From contig OX597815.1 of assembly GCA_951406725.2 (NCBI GenBank), positions 175,398,001 through 175,462,000 on the forward strand: 64,000 nt of DNA. Reading direction: 5' to 3'. The notes beneath the pieces are model-generated. The model was not told the DNA's origin. It searched no databases and saw only the letters and a program-made list of their open reading frames with translations. Source of the DNA: Octopus vulgaris (Eukaryota). Positions 1 through 23,189 of the stretch are shown here, piece by piece; positions within the stretch are counted from its first letter, which is position 1, and every line of letters starts with the position of its first letter. The translations under genes and the position numbers were made by a program.

Positions 1-124
1 CTCCAGGTATTAAAATAGAAAAATTATTTTTGAAGAGGATTAGCTATATAGATTATAGAATTTATAGAGTGTATTTCTTCCATTATAATTGCTCTCTGTC
101 CTAAAACATCTTTCCTCTTCTTAG

Positions 125-10268
<10,144 letters not shown>

Positions 10269-11961
10269 ATTGCTTGTAAGTTGGTTGCATTTTCTTTTTA
10301 AAATCTTTTACATTTTATTGAAATTTTTAAGAGTACACTGAGATAGACATATACCATCTGCAAAATGCAACATTTGAAAATTTTGCTGGAAAGCATGCAA
10401 TTGATGTGGTTATGTGAACTAACAAGTTCCATCCCTCACCTAAATCCTAAAATCTTTTGCTTATCAAAGCTTCACCAGAACACTATTTTGCCGATATACA
10501 ACTATACACAGATTTACAACCACATAACATTACAGATATAGTCATGTTGGTAATTAATTTAACTTTGATCCATCATCTAGCATCTAATTTATCTGTCATC
10601 CGTACATAAAAAGGAGTCCATTTTGAAATATGAAAACTTGGTTTATGCTCAAACCTCAGTTTAATTCTTAAGGTTAGAAGCAGTACAAAAGCATCAATAG
10701 CTTCTCCTACTCATCCACATCATTTTTCTCTCTTTCTTTTTCCACCAAATATCTACTGTTCCACCCAGCCTTCCTACCAGCCTATATATTCTGAATAATG
10801 GATCATGTTGAGCCACAAGTCATATCCAGTCTGATAACCACATATATGTATGTATGCTCACGAGCGCACATGCGTGCATGTGTGTGTGTGTTACACCATG
10901 GAGGTTTTGATGGAATCTTTGTCTCTCCTGTTTATCAAATATTTAGTAGTTATTTTCTGTTCCTGGATAGCAAAGGCATATCCTCTTGGTTGGATGTAAC
11001 GTATCTATTGTATATCCGAGAGAGGCTACCCTTCCTATCAATCATGCCACTATCCTTTAGCTTGTGGTATACGTACCCATTCTTCTGGTAGTGTCTATCA
11101 AGGGATCTTCCACAGCCTTTCTATAGAACAGGTATAAATCTTAGTTCAGAATTGCAATGGCTGATTCTGGTTTCTTGTCTATCCATGGCAGAGTAATTTT
11201 CCATGTGGATTTCTGTTCATAAACAAACATTTGCAAAAACAGGGAACTATTTCAAATTGCTGCTACTGAAGTTTATATATGCAAATAGATATTTATATAT
11301 GTAATTGCAATAAATTGTATAATCATGACAAAATGAATTCATATTCATTTCAGAGTAACTTTTTAATTGAAAGAATGTACAGAATGGAAGCAGCAAGGCA
11401 CAAGTTCCAGATTAATCAATGTCATTATATGCATAATGAATAAAATGAAATATTTTTTAAAACTCAATTGTCTACAGAGTTTTTTTTTCCCCCCATATTT
11501 TATTAGTTTAAATTCAAACATAAAATGAACTTTTGGTGGGAGACAAACACAAACACAAAGACGACAAGCTTCTTTTAGTTTCGGTCTCCCAAATCCACTC
11601 ACAAGGCATTAATTGGCCTAGGGCTATAATAGAAGACACTTGCCAAAGGTGCCATGCAGAACCATGTGGTTGGGAATAAAATTCTTTAACACACTGCTAC
11701 ATATGTGTGTGTTTGTGTGTGTGTCTGAGTCTGTGTGTCATTGTTTTACATCTGCTTTTCCATGGTTTGAACATGATTTCTGAGGTAGCGTTTAACAGCC
11801 AGATGCTCTTCCAGTCACCAACACTTTTAGTCCCTTTTGAGAACATAAAGGGACACAGTATGCCTATTCTAAAATCAGTTACATCCTGGACCTTATATTC
11901 ATTCTTTCAACTATGCCATATAATATTTTGTATATTTTATGATGACTGTATCCCATTAAAG

Positions 11962-12796
11962 CAGGGGCTCTCAACCAGGGCTCATATGGTCCTTTGGGGC
12001 TCATTCAAGAATTTTCTGTTAAAATTCATCCGGTGAATTATAAGAAGTAAAACCAAAAAATTGCTTATATTTCTTCTGCAAAACACCAAATATTTTAGCA
12101 ATTATTTTACATAATTCTTAATAATATCTCTTCTCTCTATATATAAACGGCAGTTTGTCTGTGTGTGTTTCTGTGTGTCTGTTTGCTTGTACCCTCACAC
12201 TGACCATGGCTTTCAACCGATTCTGATGAAACTTGACACACACATAGCCCAATGTCATAATTCAAAACTAACGCAGCGAAAATTTTGAAAAGTTCCCCCA
12301 GTTCTGAAAAAAATAGGTAAATTCGACATGGGGTCGAGAATCAGAAACACAAACCGCAAACTGTCTAGGGGACGCTACTCCACCTTTTTTTACTCTCGAA
12401 AAAAATTTACCATAATTTTTTTCCATTTTTTTGCTATTTTTTGGCTATAACTCTCTTAAAATGCTTTATAGTTATTTCCCTTACAAACCTGAGCAACGCC
12501 GGGCGATACTGCTAGTTTAATTATAAAAACGTTTTTCTTTTTAAACATCAAATGGCTGTGAGGGTCCACCCAACAAAAATTGGAATCAAAAGGGTCCATC
12601 ATCATCATCATCTCATCATCATTTAACATCTGTCTTCCATGCTGGTATGGGTTGGACGGTTTGACTGAGAAGGGGTAAACTGAAGAGCTGTACTGGGGAG
12701 CCGATTTGGCATGGTTTCTATGGCTGGATGCCCTTCCTAATGCCAACCACTCCAAGAGTGTAGGTCCATAGGGACAAAAATGGTTGAGAACCATTG
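11962..12796. mobile_element. Non-autonomous hAT (Charlie-like) MITE hosting two nested insertions
   Basis: TIRs caggggctctcaacc and ggttgagaaccattg; 8-bp TSD cattaaag/cattaatg. Confidence 0.8.
12127..12515 (+). mobile_element. Non-autonomous Helitron
   Basis: 5' TC after A; subterminal hairpin cctgagcaacgccggg; 3' CTAG followed by T. The 3' end is shared with the copy at 43846-44227. Confidence 0.8.
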
Positions 12797-14004
12797 CATT
12801 AATGGAATAGTTGTCAGTTTAAATTTTTATAATTTCATTTTTTCTTTTATTCATAACATTATATTCTGTTGTGTCTGGGGTGGGGGGAGTCGTTTTCTTT
12901 TTTTGCCTTATAATAATGTGATTAATGTAAAACTACTCCAGTCATTCACATCATCATCATTTGATATCCTTCTTCCATACTGACGTGGGTCAGATGGTTT
13001 GACAGGAGCTGGCAAGACCAGGAGCCATATTAGGTTCCAGTGCCTGTTTTAGCAGGGTCCCTGAGCTATGTCAAGGTTCATAGCTCAGTAATTAGAGCAT
13101 TGGGCTCTCAATCATTAGGTAGTGAGTTCAATTTTTAGACAGGGCTGTGTGTTGTGTTCTTGAGCAAGACACTTTATTTCATGTTGCTCCCGTTCACCCA
13201 GCTGTAGAAACGGGTTGTGACAGCACTGGTGCCAAGCTTTGACTTTCCCTTGGGTAACATCAGTAGCGGGGAGAGGGGAGGCTGGTATGCATCGATGACT
13301 GCTGGCCTTCCATAAACGACCTTGCCTGGACTTGTACCTCAATGGGTAACTTTTCAGGTGCAATCCCATGGTCATTCATGTACCCCTCTACATCTGGATG
13401 CTTTTCCTAATGCCAACCACTTTATAGAAGGTACCAGGTGCTTTTCATTTGGCACTATCACCAACAGGATCATATGTCTTCCAATTTTATTTCAAACAAT
13501 AAATGAACAATAAATCATTTGTAACATTGCAACAAATATGAAGTCAAGACAACAAAATGTCTGCAGATCAGGTAACTCTAAATGTATATATTATTATTCT
13601 GTACTGAAGATAAGCTTTATGACTTAGGAGACAAAAATGAATGCATTTGTTTGAAAAGGAAATTTTATTTAAATGCTTTTGATGTTTGAATCGAATCTGC
13701 AATAATTTTGAGTTAACTGTTTTTAGCTCTGAAGTAATGTGCTCAATATTTTGAAATGCAACAAAAGAGTCATTTGGTACGTTCCATAATATACCATTTT
13801 AATTTATGATGTGTTCTGATTATATCAAATTATACATGAATTTGTATCACTTATTAAACAATAAATTCATCTTTTGTGATACAATTATTGTTAACATAAC
13901 AAACACAAACCCATCGAGCACTGAAAATATTATGTAATCTCATAGACTGATTTTGAAATGTATGTCGCTGTGTCAGAAGGAGCTGTCTGAAAATCTAACA
14001 CAAA

Positions 14005-16765
14005 TTATTCTTCTTTTGCTCCTTTGAAGGCAGAAATAACCTGGTACTGTTTGCTTTCAGGACCATGAGTTTCCATTGCTACATTTTCAAATTTATTCTT
14101 ACGAAGTACATCCATATAGAATTCGATATCTGCATTGCCATATTTCAGAAAACCCTTTTCTTCAGAAGCTTTTAACTTTTTACTGTCAACTGTTGTTATC
14201 ATAAACGTATTCGGCTTTAAAACACGATACAACTCTTGAGCACATTTGTCAAAATCAGGCCAAAAATAAAAACAATTGCAATGAAAAATCCGATCAAAGG
14301 TATTCGACTCAAACGGCATTTCCATAACACTTCCAAGATGCAATTCCACTTGATTATTGGTGATGCCTTCACTCATTAGTTTGCTTGCAGTTTCCAACAT
14401 GTAAGGTGACAAGTCCAGACCAAATACTTTACCTTTGCCATCTAAAATAAAAGAGAAAAAAATACATGAACTTACACTCACATATTCACTACAGAAGTGC
14501 ATATTATGTATTAAAAGAAAGGTTAGGGCAAGCTTTTTGTGGTTGCAAAACATGGACTCTGAACAAATTTGAAGAGGACATAATCAATGCATTTGAAATG
14601 CAGGTGTATAGGAGAATGTTACAAGTCTCTTAAAAGACCGTTAAACAAATGAATGGGTGTTGCAACAAGTTGATGTAAGATGACAGTGACTGAATATTGT
14701 TTAAAAATAAAAACCCATCTATTATGGCCATATTCAAAGAAGCGAAGGTCTGGAAAACATTGTCGTAGAAGGAAGAGTCGAGTGTAGTAGAGGAAGAATC
14801 AGGGAAAGAAAGCAAAAATGGATGGACAATATCCGGAGCTGGTTGGGCAAGAATGGCAAGGCAGCTGGAGAAGTCACATTTAATCAGGAACACTTTTGTC
14901 GTAATATCATCAATGTGCTGCGCACAAAAGACACATGATCACGATATATATTTATCTGAGGAATTTCCATAATCAGTCAGAAAAATACACTCAACAGAGT
15001 AGGAAAATGATTTATTCAGTAGAATAAATTAATCCCTAGGGTCATCAAAAATATTACTGGAGAGTTTCCTATCAAATTCACCTCACTTACAAGAACAGAT
15101 TATCATCAGTCAGGGCTAGCTCAGAAAAAAAAGTTTGTAATCCATTTTCAACCAACAATATCTGTTAATTATTTAATTAATCCTTCCTTGTAGGGAAGAT
15201 AAATTTTGTATGAAACCATCCAGTAACATTTTGACAGTGGAGGTGCCATGTATCAGTGCCACATGAAAGGGTCCATGTGGTGCCATGCAAAAGCACCCAG
15301 CACACTCTGTAAAATGGTTGAGACTAGGAAGGGCATCAAATCAGACTGGAGTCTGCTGTAGCCCTCCAGCTTGCCAGCTCTGAGGAAATCATCCAACCTA
15401 TGCCAGCATGGACAATGGATGTTAAATGATGATGTGGTGTATGTGAGAGATTCGAAATAAAGGCACCTACCTTCTCTTCGCTCAGATGGAGACCCTTCAG
15501 CGGTAATGGATCCTTCAACACAGCCCGACCCGAACGCTAGAAATAGCAGCTGCTTCTCCCAACCGTAACAACGTGCTGACTCATCTTACCTGCTAGGCAA
15601 CCTGCCTCGAAAAGGCAGAATCCTGCCCTCGCTGCGCGCGCATCACAGCTGCCCCTTCCGGTCAGCTCCCCAGCTGCTGATGTCATCCCACAGATGATAC
15701 ACATACAAGGGGAAGTCAAAAATTATCTGCACTTTCGCCATAACATATATTTATTATTGTCACACTGCCTTCTGCGCATGCGTGCTTATAGTTGGTACCA
15801 TTGTGGTCACGTGGTCAAAGTTTGAGCCTGATTGTGCCATTTTTCTTTCTGGCTTTACAGTGTAAGCATGACTGTTCCACTAGCCAAGTGATCCGATTTC
15901 TCTGGTCGGAATGTGTGTCAGGTTATGAAATTCCTCAAAGGCTTTTAGTACAATACGGGGACAAGTTCACTGCCATGTAGAAATGTGTATGAGTGGATTG
16001 AGAAGTTTAAAAGTGACCGGACAGGCATGACACACGAAAAGGGAGCAAGACGCCTGTCAACATCCACCACTGATGAGAAGATTCAGCAAGTTTGGGAGAT
16101 GGTAATGGTGAACTGGTTCACCACTGTCATATTTCACGGATCACTTTGTTCTTCTTTGGTGCACATTGCCAGTGGAGCAGCTATGCCTATACTGTAAAGC
16201 CAGATAGAAAAATGGCGAGATCAGGCTCAAACTTCGATCACATGACCACAATAGTACCAACTGTAAGCAATCATGTGCTGAAGGCAGTATGACAATAATA
16301 AAGATATGTTATGGCGAAAGAGCGGATAATTTTTGACTTCCCCTTGTATGCATATATATATATATAGGTGCAGGAGTGGCTGTGTGGTAAGTAGCTTGTT
16401 TACCAACCACATGGTTCCGGGTTCAGTCCCACTGCATGGCACCTTGGGCAAGTGTCTTCTACTATAGCCTCGGGCTGACCAAAGCCTTGTGAGTGGATTT
16501 GGTAGACGGAAACTGAAAGAAGCCCGTCGTATATATGTATATATATGTGTGTGTGCGTGTATGTTTGTGTGTCTGTGTTTGTCCCCCTAGCATTGCTTGA
16601 CAACTGATGCTGGAGTGTTTATGTCCTCGTCACTTAGCGGTTCGGCAAAAGAGACCGATAGAATAAGTACTGGGCTTACAAAGAATAAGTCCTGGGGTCG
16701 AGTTGCTCGATTAAAGGCGGTGCTCCAGCATGGCTGCAGTCAAATGACTGAAACAAGTAAAAGAG

Positions 16766-16796
<31 letters not shown>

Positions 16797-19467
16797 ATGT
16801 ATATACATACATATATGTATACATACACCCATGTACAATGAGTGAGAATAAGATGCCAAGGAGAACTCAGTTTGTCTAGTGTGGGACATCTTTTTTTTAC
16901 AGCAAGCACCTGAAATGGCACAGACTGCACTGATTGATGCAACACAACTAGATGCACAATATCCTATGCTTGTGGGGTAACTGCAGGATGGGTCAAAACG
17001 ATCGTCAGGCTGAATAAAGATTTCTACTAAATCCATTTTCCGTTTCTTTCATCAATTATGTAAACGAATGAAATGAAGTAATTTACAATATATATATTAT
17101 TTATACAATATATTCTATATTCTACATTAATATTATAAAGAATAAAAATAAAACATAAAAAACAGAGTTGGAATTCCTTTGGATAATATATATCCTTCTA
17201 TACACAATCATACAAACCCCTTTTTATATATATATATTTGTATTTGTGTCTGTGTTTGTACCCCCACCATCGCTTGACAACTGATGTTGGTGTGTTTACA
17301 TCCCCATAACTTAGCAATTTGGCAGTAGAGACCAATAGAATAAGTACTAGGCTTACAAAGAATAAGTCCTGGAGTTGATTTGTTCTCTAGCATGGCCACA
17401 GTCAAATGACTGAAACAAGTAAAAAGAATATATATAAAGAACTCCAAAGCAGAAAGTTTTAGTCAGTGTCCTCATCAGAGGGTCAGGGTTTGCTGACTAA
17501 GGAAATGCTGCCATTCTCAGACAGCTTTGGCAGGCTCCTGGTAGACAGAACCGGTACTGGTCGAAGGGGACATAACTCTGCCTCACCCAAAGCTTTGTCA
17601 GCTTCACGCGGCATCTTTTTTGTTTACAAAATTTACTGATCATGACGTCTTCCTCCTTCCAGTTGCAGAGAGGATGTCTGCTCTTAGACACTTGAGTCTT
17701 ATGAGTCACAGTTAACCGCCTGATAGGGGTGAAATGAACGGCCACACTATCACCAGCCTTAACAACCTTCTAAATATTACTACTTTAATGCTTTAAAGTA
17801 TGCTCCGTTTCAGGATATATGAACCACTGACCAATGTGTGTGTGTGTATTTATTTACTTTTACCTGTTTCAGCCAAAGGTGAGGGCATGCTGGGTCACTG
17901 CCATTAATCTCATAGCAAGTCTATTTCAACTCACTTCCACGGCTGTTTTTCTTAGTTTGGTTCCGGTGAAGCAGCGAGTTAAATAACCCTAACCCTAACC
18001 CATATTTGCATTTCTTGCCATAATGCAAATTCATTTGGTACCTCAGATAAAAATTTGTCTTAATATTCTTTGAACAATCCACAACTTGTAGATCTCTGCT
18101 GCAGCTTTTTTGCGAGGAACCGAATAACTGTGGGCCCTTAAACCCTCAGCTGTTACAGTACTGGATCTTTACTCGGCACTGAGAAGGTAGGACCTTTGGT
18201 ATTATACAGTGGCGTCCAGTTCAGGAGTTGGTATATCTCTCAATCCGACAGCTAGGCCACACACTCCGGGCTCTTTCATATGCATATATCACTATATATC
18301 TTTCATGTTTTTGTTCTAAGGAGGAAAGTTCCAGTTCTTTTCGACTTTCCTTATTGCTCGTCTGTTGTACCCAAGCAATCTTTTTGGTGTGGCAGCATTG
18401 GATTATCCTGAGTACCACTGTTAGTTTGTGAAACCAAGGGCAGCCGTCCGGGGAACAAAGGAAAAGAAATTTTCTCAGTGGGGTCAAAATGGTTTCTTAT
18501 TCTGAATGATGTCAGAATCTAATTAGTTAGTCACCTGCACATTGTTGGTATCTTGGTAATATGCACATGCAATGAATCCACTCTAAAGGGGTTGTCATTA
18601 GGAAGGGCACCCAACTGTAAAAACTATGCGAAAACAGTGGAACCTGGTTCAGTCCTCTGGCTCGCTAGCTCTTGTCAAACCATCTAACAGATGTTAAACG
18701 ATGACAACAATGATGATGACGATGATGATGATGATGGTGACAACAATGATGATGATGATAAAAACTCCTCTATCAAAAACAAAATACAGTGGTTTTCCAA
18801 GTTACCTTTGATTTTATTGTATGCTGCTTCAAGACCAATGCCAGGACCAAACCCAACTTCAAGAACATAATGGTCAGCTTCAATACCACTATGTTCTACG
18901 GCTTTCTCTTCTACAATCCTATTTCCTCTCTTGAGAAAGAACTGAAAATCATAAGGAACATTTTCATTAATAATGCTATATAATTCGAAAATATTAACCT
19001 AATGATGTTTTAATTTATTTGCATGCGCTTTTTGAGAGTCTATGCTTAAAAAAAATTAATTTGAGAAGTTTCACATTAGCTTTTATATATATATATATAT
19101 CTAAGAAAGAAAAGACATGTAAAAGTCGTAGAAAGTTTGTATAATAAAGTTTATGGTGATATTAGGATCATATTACATCATTACAAATTAAATCAGTACC
19201 AGTTTCACGATCAAACGATTGTCAACTTATATAGAGAAAACTTTTTTGCTGTCAATAGGATGCCATCTTTGAAAAAAGTGAACAGAGATGAAACAATATG
19301 TCAAGGTCTTATGATCATGAAACCAGGATTTATTTCATTTGTAATGATGTAATATGATCCTAATATCACCATAAACTCTATTATACAAACTTTCTGTGAC
19401 TTTTACATTTCTTTTCTTTCTTATAAACCTATCCCACGTCTATACAGAACTTTCCATTCTTCACTAC

Positions 19468-19500
<33 letters not shown>

Positions 19501-22500
19501 TATATATAAGTAAAATAAGAAAATGGAGATAAATCAATTAATAACTTTACTTTACTTTTACTTTTACTTGCTTCAGTCATTTGACTGCGGACATGCTGGA
19601 GCACCGCCTTTTAGTTGAGCAAATCTACCCTGGGACCTATTCTTTGTAAGCCCAGTACTTATTCTATCGGTCTCTTTTGCCGAACCGCTAAGTGACGGGG
19701 ACGTAAACACACCAGCATTGGTTGTCAAGCAATGGTAGGGGGACAAACACAGACATACAAACACACACATACATATATATACATATATACGACAGGCTTC
19801 TTTCAGTTTCCGTCTACCAAATCCACTCACAAGGCATTGGTCGGCCCGGGGCTATAGAAGAAGACACTTGCCCAAGATGCCACGCAGTGGGAATGAACCC
19901 AAAACCATGTGGTTGGTTAGCAAGCCACTTACCACACAGCCACTTCTGCGCCTATAAGTAAAATTATTAATGCAAAAATAAACATAATCTCTTACGGCTG
20001 TTTCAATTCATGCTTTAAAGATCATAATTGTGATAATGAAATCATTCTACAAAGCAGAATCTTGTTAGAGGCAGAAATGAAGATATACCATTATTGGATA
20101 TTACGTATACGGAACATTACTGAGCATTGTTATGTGGATAAATTTGGTATAAACCTTTTAAGGAGGGCAGGGTATAGGGTGTATATTTAGAGAGGAAGTA
20201 AATTTATATTAATATGCTCTGGATAATAGTTAGAAGGTATAGAGATAGATAATATATAGTAATTTATCAAGTATGTCAGTATCATATTAATATTGGGGTA
20301 AATATATTTATAATTTGTTATTATAAAGATGGGTAATAAGTGGAAGTTATCAATAGTCAAAAGTATTTGTCCAATGAATTTAGAACACATGCACTTAAAT
20401 TTATAGGTGTGCAAATCAATAAGAATCAAAAAGGAATAGAATTATAGATACTTGAATATATATATGGGAATGTATATATGTAAATATAAATGCGTACAAA
20501 AACACGTGTATATAGATAGACACATTAATTATCTAATCTTGCATATGTGCTTATACATATTCACACACATATGTATAATTAATATATGTAAATATCTGTG
20601 TGGTAATTACATGTGCAAAAAATTATATAAATATGCAATTGTAGGATTAATATATAAATATCTATCGACTGGCCTCCGTGCTGGTGGCATGTAACAAACA
20701 CCATTCGATCGTGGCCGTTGCCAGCCTCGCCTGGCCTCCGTGCCAGTGGCACGTAAAAAGCACCATCCGAGCGTGGCCGTTCGCCAGCCTCGCCTGGCAC
20801 CTGTGTCAGTGGCACATAAAAAACACCCACTACACTCACGGAGTGGTTGGCGTTAGGAAGGGCATCCAGCTGTAGAAACACTGCCAGATCTGACTGGCCT
20901 GGTGCAGCCTTCGGGCTTCCCAGACCCCAGTCGAACCGTTCAACCCATGCTAGCATGGAAAGCGGACGTTAAACGATGATGATGATGATGATCCATACAA
21001 GTGGTTTAAATGCCAAAGGGTTAAACTGGCCCCCATATCCGGTCAAAATATTCTACCAGTTTTATGTTCAAATCAGCCAGACCTGGCCTCTCACACTAAC
21101 CCTGCAATGCCATTCTAAAAGTAAATATTTACCTCATCAAAATCTCAAAGCTATGAGATAAAGAATGATTAATTCGAAACAATGTGAATAAATAAGAGTT
21201 ACATTGAATGGAGTAATCTGAATGCTGAATGGTTAAGGTGTGGCTGTGTGGTAAGGAGTTTACTTCCCAACCACATAGTTCCAGGTTCAGTTCCACTGCA
21301 TGGCACCTGAGGCAGCCTCAGGCCGACCAAAGCCTTGTGAGTGAATTTGGTAGATGCACACTGAAAGAAGCCTGTTGAACGTGTATGTGTACATGCATGA
21401 ATGCATGTGTGTAACTGTTGGCCTCTCTCTGCCTGCCCTCTAGACAATGCGTGAATGACAATATTGTTTGCAAACATGAAGTTACGACAAGCTATCTAGG
21501 TATGTTTGAATAGGACTTTAAGATCCACTTATGTAATTACTAACAAACCTTCAAATCCAAATGGAAAGCCATACAGCATATCCCTGTCCAGAGAAATTGG
21601 GAGTCAAAGTTGGACAAGGCTGTGCTGGGTTGCAATGATAGCTCTGGCATGGTTTCTATGGCTAGATGTCCTTCCCAATGTCAACCAATTTAGAGAGCAC
21701 ACTGGATGCTTTCTTTTAATGCCACCAGCATTAGTGAGGTTGCCAAATAACCTACAAGGTTGTTTTGTAGAAATTTCCAGTTGATTTTTCAGATAATCTT
21801 CAATATGTTGTCTTTATATCATGAGCCTTGTGAAAAATTTTACTTCTCGAATATTTTTTCATGTTCTTCAAGGCACAAATGTTGTTTGGTGCAAAATCTG
21901 GGTTACAAGGAAAGTGATTCCTAAGCATAAATACTGTTGTTGTTTTTGCCCATCATAACAAATATTTCAACATTTTTGTGAATAAAGAGGACATCTGTGT
22001 GGCTTGTGATGAGGATGATGGTATTTCAGCAGGAAATCATTGTATATATTTTACACATTGCTGCTACCAAAATCATTTTTCTTTTGCAAATGCTCAACAT
22101 TCGAGACTCCCAATGGGATGTTCCAGATCACATCTTCTCATGCTGATTCTAAGAGAAACTTCCAATCAGTTAATTATGTTTAGACTCTGGAATCATCATC
22201 ATCATCATCATTATCATTATTATCATGAACATGATAATCATCACCATAGTTATCCCCATCATCAATACCAGCAGCATCCCACCACCACCACCACCACTAG
22301 CAGCAGCACATTTATTACATTCAGTTTGCATGATGGTACAGGTTGGAGAGGTTGTCATGATCAACTTTCATCAATCCGGGGCTGGTTAAATCAACTAAGC
22401 CCTTCTACCAAAATTGTGCCATTCTACTGATGCTTGGAATTACTTCTTGGATTCATCTTTCCATATATGGAGTTTTCCATATATGGCGTTCAAACATTTT

Positions 22501-22686
22501 CCCAAGACTGATTCAATAATCGCCAGTAATACACTGAAAGGAATGCATTCATTCAATTAGATTTGATTTCTTTAAATTAATAAATTCGAAATAAATTTCA
22601 AAAAGTGATGACCAAACCTGAGTGATTCTTCCTGCAAAAGATTTTTCTGGAATTTTCAGGTTTTTTGCAATTGCATTAAGTGCCAT
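14005..22686 (-). CDS. Class I SAM-dependent methyltransferase (Methyltransf_11, YdaC-like), about 213 aa, 3 coding exons
   Basis: Exon 22686-22618: MALNAIAKNLKIPEKSFAGRITQ. Exon 18941-18806: FFLKRGNRIVEEKAVEHSGIEADHYVLEVGFGPGIGLEAAYNKIK, SAM motif I. Exon 14441-14005: DGKGKVFGLDLSPYMLE...GSVMEMPFESNTFDRIFHCNCFYFWPD...ELYRVLKP, stop TAA. GT-AG with matching phases; 642 nt in total. Confidence 0.92.
15433..15692 (-). mobile_element. Solo LTR (260 bp)
   Basis: TG...CA termini (tgtggtg / catcccaca), a perfect 5-bp TSD GATGA, and higher GC than the flanks. Confidence 0.75.
15706..16346 (+). mobile_element. Internally deleted mariner element
   Basis: ~65-bp TIRs caaggggaagtcaaaaattatc.../...gataatttttgacttccccttg with a TA TSD. 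HTH remnants VIRFLWSECVSGYEI and YEWIEKFKSDRTG...RLSTSTTDEKIQQV. Confidence 0.9.
16366..16765 (+). mobile_element. tRNA-derived composite SINE (abundant family), near full length
   Basis: A-box-like tggctgtgtggt, B-box-like gggttcagtccc, core ccttgggcaagt and an internal (TA/TG)n run. Other copies or fragments at about 8760-8985, 11540-11700, 17230-17425, 21236-21380, 56540-56890 and 59746-60020. Confidence 0.85.
18100..18228 (+). mobile_element. LTR 3' end plus primer-binding site (Gypsy-like relic)
   Basis: gagaaggtaggacctttggtattatACA then g then TGGcgtccagttcaggagt, a tRNA 3'-complement-like PBS. The LTR tail resembles the solo LTR at 15433 read on the minus strand. Confidence 0.55.
19102..19423. 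repeat. Inverted repeat, ~90-bp arms with a ~135-bp spacer
   Basis: taagaaagaaaagacatgtaaaagtc...catattacatcattacaaat is the near-exact reverse complement of atttgtaatgatgtaatatg...gacttttacatttcttttctttctta. Confidence 0.9.
19563..19952 (-). mobile_element. tRNA-derived composite SINE, inverted relative to 16366-16765
   Basis: Reverse complement of the 16366 copy over about 390 bp. Confidence 0.85.
20665..20992 (+). mobile_element. RTE 3'UTR-derived SINE or truncated LINE tail with (GAT)n end
   Basis: gtggttggcgttaggaagggcatccagctgtagaaac...gacgttaaacgatgatgat, with internal ~60-bp tandem units. Further copies at about 12598, 15270, 18580, 24120, 28860, 37020, 38055, 40010, 40452, 43430, 46375, 47004, 47659, 51180 and 52865. 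Confidence 0.8.
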
Positions 22687-23189
22687 TCTGATGTTTCCAA
22701 GTTGACAGAACCTGATTTCTTGTACTAAAAAATCTGACGTTAAGCAAAAGTGTCTTAGTGTATGGAGTTCCAAGTCGAGTACCAGACTCTGGCATTGGTT
22801 GGTGCCTAACTAGCAACAGAGAGGAATAGAAGAAGAAAATTAAATAATACATCAGATTTATGAACATTGAAATTTTAAAAATCGACAATTCTATAGTGAG
22901 AGTCACATATCAATAATCTATCAATGATATTAAGGCAGCAAGATGGCAGAACCATTAGCATGCTGGGCAAAATGCTTTCAGGCATTTTATCTATCATTAT
23001 GTTCTAAGTTCAAATTCTGCCATAGTCAACTTTACCTTTTATCCTTTCAAGATTGATAAAATAAGTACCAGAAGAGGATTAGGGTTGATGTAACTGACTT
23101 GCCCCCTCCTCATAAATTGCTGGCCTTGTGCCAAAATTTGAAATCAATAAATGAATGCTGTTAAGGTAACAAGCTAGTAGAATGGTGCT

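Noticed and set aside
14442-14553. N-terminus of the 182-aa ORF-track protein
   Set aside because: Intronic read-through upstream of the acceptor at 14442-14443.
17986-18001. Interstitial telomere repeat (TAACCC)x3
   Set aside because: Too short to indicate a fusion site; similar units occur inside local transposons.
14005-22686. METTL5 (the neighbour of SSB in human)
   Set aside because: It lacks the NPPF motif of METTL5 and belongs to a different family.
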